Virus record (IMG/VR): IMGVR_UViG_2667528172_000003
Coordinates: 212-64,211 of that record
From: a virus
Length of the DNA stretch: 64,000 nt
Direction: 5' to 3' (one strand)
The translations under genes and the position numbers were made by a program. Positions 59,211-64,000 of this stretch are shown one piece after another (the stretch's first letter is position 1; each line of letters starts with the position of its first letter). Below the pieces are notes generated by a model. The model was not told the origin of the DNA and searched no databases. It was given only the letters and a program-made list of their open reading frames with translations.

Positions 59211-59568
59211 AGCCCCCCTAGGAATCTAAAATTAGTTATGTCAAATGTCCCTTACTCAGATAGTTCCCGCCTGCAATTGAAGCATAGTCGATTACCTTTC
59301 TAAGCATCGCTAATAGTGCTCAATAAGGCATCGTACCTTTGGATGATTTTACCTGTGACCTGCTCCCGTTGATTAAGACACCACAGTGTTAGTGATATAG
59401 TTGTTGGAGTTGCGTATTTCCGCTCCTCGCTCATAGCAGACCTCGCAACACTGCAGGCGGTCCGCTGTATGCCAGGAGCGGAACCAGGTGTGCCAGAGAC
59501 TCTCTAAAAGTTGATGGTTCTTTTTGTATGGATACTTACACGTTTATCACGTGCAGATTCCATCACTT

Positions 59569-60797
59569 TGAATCGCCACGGGTTTAACAGACACCTCAGA
59601 GTCATTTAAGATGACTTAAAGAGAGGTGCCCATGAGCGGTAAACGTTATCCCGAAGAGTTTAAAATTGAAGCAGTCAAGCAGGTTATTGATCGCGGTCAT
59701 TCTGTTTCCAGCGTTGCAACACGTCTCGATATCACCACCCACAGCCTTTACGCCTGGATAAAGAAGTACGGTCCGGACTCATCCACTAATAAAGAACAGT
59801 CAGATGCTCAGGCCGAGATCCGCCGACTCCAGAAGGAACTGAAGCGGGTTACTGACGAACGGGACATATTAAAAAAAGCCGCGGCGTACTTCGCAAAGCT
59901 GTCCGACTGAGGTACGCCTTTATTCGTGACAACTCCCGTTGCTGGCCTGTTCGTCTGCTCTGCAGGGTGCTGGATGTTCATCCCAGTGGCTTTTACGCCT
60001 GGTTTAAGCAACCGTATTCTCAGCACCACCAGGTAGATCTGAGACTGACGGGACAGATCAAACAGTTTTGGCTGGAGTCCGGTTGCGTTTATGGTTATCG
60101 CAAGATCCATCTGGACTTACGGGATAGCGGGCAACAGTGCGGAGTGAACAGAGTCTGGCGACTGATGAATCGTGCCGGGATAAAGGCTCAGGTCGGGTAC
60201 CGGAGCCCTCGGGCACGCAAAGGCGAGGCCAGTATCGTGTCACCCGACAGGCTCCAACGACAGTTCAATCCGGATGCTCCGGATGAGCGTTGGGTAACGG
60301 ACATAACCTACATCAGGACTCACGAAGGCTGGCTGTATCTGGCCGTGATTGTTGATCTGTTCTCACGCAAAATTATCGGCTAGTCAATGCAATCCCGGAT
60401 GACAAAGGACATTGTCCTGAACGCACTGCTGATGGCTGTATGGCGGCGTAATCCTCAAAGACCGGTGCTGGTTCACTCGGACCAGGGCAGTCAGTACACA
60501 AGCCATGAGTGGCAGTCGTTCCTGAAATCACACGGCCTGGAAGGGAGTATGAGCCGTCGCGGTAACTGTCACGATAACGCGGTTGCAGAAAGCTTTTTCC
60601 AGTTACTGAAACGCGAGCGGATAAAGAAAAAGATCTACGGAACGCGGGAAGAAGCCCGCAGCGATATTTTTGATTACATCGAAATGTTTTATAACAGTAA
60701 GCGTCGGCATGATTAGAGCAATCAGATGTCACCGACAGAATATGAAAACCAGTATTATCAACGGCTCGGAAGTGTCTAGATTATCCGTGGCGATTCA
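59569..60797 (+). mobile_element. IS3-family insertion sequence (1229 bp), OrfB inactivated
   Basis: TGAATCGCCACGG...CCGTGGCGATTCA ends; OrfA 59632-59910; A7G frameshift motif 59871-59878; premature TAG at 60381 and 60714; no target duplication. Confidence 0.92.
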
Positions 60798-60799
60798 GA

Positions 60800-61375
60800 A
60801 CACTTTATAAAAACGATGAGTCTATAAGACATAAAAACCTTTTTGAATTATGTGCGGATATTGATTATTCGACCTTTCGTTCTAGTGTTATAAAGAACCT
60901 TTTAGAAGATTATGTCCACTTATATGAAAAAATCAGCCAACGATCGATAGCAAGCTCCCCAAAAGAAGTCATTTCTAAAGTTGAACTTCTATTTCCAGGC
61001 CGCTCACTTATTTATATCTTCTCTAAGGGAGAAGAAAACAAAACCCTTTCCAAACTAATAAATGGAGACTTCAGGGAGTTTAAAGAACTTAATACAAAAG
61101 ATGGCTACTTAAACACTACATTTGCAGATATAGGTAACGCTTGGGTAGTGATTGCACGTAATGAAACAATAATCTCTCATGTATTAAGCATACTAAAAGT
61201 AAAAAATCCAGAATATTTCCACAGTAATCATCGATTAACAAGTGATGATACGAATCTTACATTAGAGGTTCGTCGTGCTATAAAACATGATGATGAAGTA
61301 AAGATTGACGTAAATTTTGAAAACATCCTAAACTGCGATGAAAAAACCAATCTTAACTTAATTTCTGGATTTTGA
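60800..61375 (+). pseudogene. 5'-truncated AT-rich ORF abutting IS right end
   Basis: Frame open for ~190 codons from the IS boundary to TGA at 61375 without a start context. Confidence 0.55.
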
Positions 61376-61531
61376 CTTTTGATAAAACACCTCAATTAAA
61401 ATATAGAAAAGCTCTTACTGAACCTGACAAAATAAACTTTGATGACAGCAATGGAATAAATCAACTTTTGGAAGGTTTCTAATTCATTAATAAAAAACCA
61501 TTGAGGCCAAGTACATATGGCCTCAATACCC

Positions 61532-62606
61532 TCACTCATATTAAGCTCACCAAAAAGACCAATCATTAAATCGTCTTCAAGTACATGGAATGGTAATTCA
61601 ACATATTCACTTGGATGTCGTGGCTTAGCCTTTCCGTCATGAGGGGCATTTTTCGTATGCCCTTGGACTTTTTCACCACTCACTTTTATATATGGGAGAA
61701 CAACGATTCTCCCGTGATTTTTCGATATAATAGTTCCTTCGTGCCAGATACTTTCACCGCTTTTAAGTGAATCACTACTATTAGTCGCTTTAATAACCCA
61801 TCCAACATCGCCAGTTTCTTCATACCAAAATACATACCCACCCGCCATTAATACCTTATGACCCTTTGCATGAGCATCTGCAAGCATCCTTTTTACACTG
61901 GAAAGCTGTAATAGTTCATTTGCACGTGGTAATAACCGCATTCTAATTTCTGACTTTACTCTGCCCCAGTGATCTCGACCTGAAAATCCAAACGCTCTTG
62001 ATATCTTCTCTCTAAATGCAATTTTAGTGGTCTGTTCATTGTAATAGAGATGCCTACCCCAATCTCCATTTGCATGTTTTCCAATAACCATTCTATTTTC
62101 TTTCAAATGAGCAATTTCAATCAGCGGATTAATATTAATCTCTTGTAGCAGTTCATCTTTGATAGATATATTAGCGCGTTGGTAAGCATTTAATTTTAAA
62201 ATCACTTCATCTTCTTTGGGTCTTGACAGTGATGAAGTAATATTTAAAGCTTCAGAAAGCATTAAGCTTTCTTCATTTTGAAGCCTTTGCCTAGAAATTA
62301 TTGCTTTTTCAGCCTTTAAAAAATACGAATCTTTGACTTCTTGACTGATTTCAAACTCACCAATTTTTTCTTTATGAAATTATTTATTTCCCCAACTGCA
62401 TTCAATGCTTCTTCATAAGTACTAAACACCAATCCATAATCAAACTGTTCAAGTATCTCTTTCCTTCTTTTCCATTTGAAGGGCTCCTTATATTCGCTGA
62501 TGTACTCATGCAGAATCCAATCACTATTTATATATCTCGGATATGGATGAACGACTATGACCAAACCGTGGGGGTATTCTTTATTACGCTTGTTCAAATC
62601 CCTCAA
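61532..62606 (-). pseudogene. Single ~360-aa hypothetical gene broken by frameshifts
   Basis: 62316-62606 and 61396-62262 join via a slip in the A6 run at ~62364-62369; second likely slip near 61540 bypasses a natural GELKYE* end. Confidence 0.55.
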
Positions 62607-62723
62607 CGTTATGCTTTGATTTCGAACCAGCTTAATTTATCTGTATACCAAGCGTCATAAGCCTACATAATTTGTGATTGTAAGGTCATCAATTTCTAAT
62701 AATGCTTTTAATGTTTGCGCGCA

Positions 62724-62742
62724 ATGCTCTCCCCGCCCCGCC
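62724..62742 (-). other. P2/P4-type cos site
   Basis: GGCGGGGCGGGGAGAGCAT, 16/19 to P2/P4 cohesive end GGCGAGGCGGGGAAAGCAC, with matching AAGCGGGC and TGCGCGC flanks. Confidence 0.8.
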
Positions 62743-62820
62743 TGCCCGCTTAAAGGGGCGCTTTTAATGCAGGGGCATGACCGGCCTCAGGGCGCGCCAG
62801 TGCTGGCGCTGGCGGGGGAT

Positions 62821-63464
62821 TCAGTGTCGGTAAAACGCATGCAAAACCATGCACCTTATGAATGCATGTTTTTTATACGTAAAAATGGAGGGATTTTCGG
62901 GGATTTTTAAGCGGACTACTGCACGGCGGCGGGTGTAATTCAGTTTCTGTGCAGGCGTGAATTTTTCACGATTATCATCGCGCGAAGCCGCGTCAGGCCT
63001 GAATCCGATGGCCGTTAAAATGTCATTATCTTGCACCGAATAATTAATTTTTTCACCGGCGGCCAGCCAGACCTGTAGCGCCTCACGCAGATTGTCGATT
63101 GAGTGCTGCATGACGCAGCGCTGAATTGCGGAATGCTGCCCGGAATAATTCATCAGCTCAGGGGCAAGGGCGGCGGCCAGCTCCGCGCCGTGCGCCTGCA
63201 TAAGTCATTTAATCGGTCTCGGATGCTGATGCGCTGCACCTCCTCATGCGAGCGGATGTAGCGACCGGCAGCCTGATTAATTTCCCACTTTTTCACTGCG
63301 ATAATCTCGCGCAGCGTTTGCAGGCTCCGGCCGCTGTGCCCGCTGCCTGCAAGCTGTTCGCGGTATGCCTGTTCGGCCTGCGTCAGTTCATCCCTGCGTT
63401 GCAGCCAGGCAGATTTGTTTGCCTGACAGGCCTCAAAGACTTTCTGTAACGTCAGTGTGGTCAC
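62821..63464 (-). pseudogene. psu: Psu (polarity suppression/capsid decoration), frameshifted
   Basis: NKSAWLQR, INQAAGRYIRSHE.VQ.ISIRDRLND|MQ, GEKINYS.QD.DILT.IGFRPD match P4 Psu; 1-nt loss at ~63202. Confidence 0.9.
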
Positions 63465-63492
63465 GTATGTTTATCCTGATAACTAGCCGTGC

Positions 63493-63711
63493 TTACTCAC
63501 CGGCACGGTTAACGGTGGCCGCCGGTGCGGGTACAGGGATAACCGGTTCTGTCGCCGGTGAACGAATAACCCCGTCGATAGATTCAAGCGTGCGGAACGT
63601 GACCGAGCATTCGATGTTCATGCACTGGTGATAGCGCTGTTTGACGTTATAGGACAGATACCGATTAGTGCGGGAATGCGCACTTGTTTTGCAGATCGGA
63701 CAGTGAAACAT
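63493..63711 (-). CDS. Ogr/Delta-family Zn-finger late activator (single domain)
   Basis: CPICKTSAHSRT...RYHQCMNIECSVTF. Confidence 0.9.
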   Translation of the reverse strand: MFHCPICKTSAHSRTNRYLSYNVKQRYHQCMNIECSVTFRTLESIDGVIRSPATEPVIPVPAPAATVNRAGE

Positions 63712-63714
63712 TGC

Positions 63715-64000
63715 TTACACCTCCGCTTTTGTCTCGCCGTTTTCAGCCAGCTTTCTGGCGAGCATCATTCTCTTCGCAGGGCTGCGTAACAGCTCCGTAT
63801 CAACGTCAGTAATCTGCGGCCGGTGCATGCCCGTCACGGACAATACAGGCTCATGATTCATATCGAAGTGATACAGGCTGCCCTGAAGGCTCAGCGCATC
63901 GCGCAGTTCGCCGATGGCCACGGACTACGGTGCACTCTCTCCCTTCATTTCGAGGGCACGAACACGCAGAAGGAAAGTGCGAATGAGTGCGACGGGAACC
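63715..64000 (-). pseudogene. sid: Sid-like capsid size determination protein, 3' part with nonsense codon
   Basis: EPVL..TG......D......PA.R aligns to P4 Sid C-terminus; in-frame TAG at 63925-63927. Confidence 0.75.

Larger units (their letters stand above)
39120..64000. mobile_element. Degenerate P4-like satellite / CP4-57-type island (continues beyond window)
   Basis: IntA at left; cos, psu, ogr/delta, sid in P4 order at right; accessory cargo between. Confidence 0.85.

Overview
Enterobacterial chromosome (SmpB resembles Enterobacter) at the ratA-smpB-ssrA locus, with two elements stacked in the tmRNA 3' end. (1) An apparently intact ~37.9 kb temperate myovirus prophage (1283-39156; 37-bp att duplication, 1 mismatch). 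It has integrase/xis, a cI/cro switch, helicase-primase, Q, holin/SAR-endolysin/Rz-Rz1, terminase, portal, capsid and a contractile tail. Its morons are DinI-like, acyltransferase-3, a helical-protein+HEPN pair, GrlR-like, a peptide+membrane-protein pair and a second tyrosine recombinase. (2) A decayed P4-like satellite island (CP4-57-type IntA at 39360; cos, psu, ogr/delta and sid at the right end, running off the window). Its ~22 kb int-psu hotspot holds a multi-reader HNH nuclease, an HsdR::gluconolactonase chimera, a DUF697-type GTPase, two tandem nuclease-NACHT proteins, a secreted repeat protein and IS3 debris. The most striking unexplained structure is a pair of directly repeated XerC/XerD (dif/psi-like) sites at 20067-20094 and 24397-24424. 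They bracket the phage minor-head/portal/large-terminase module. All family assignments come from motif recognition by eye, not database searches.
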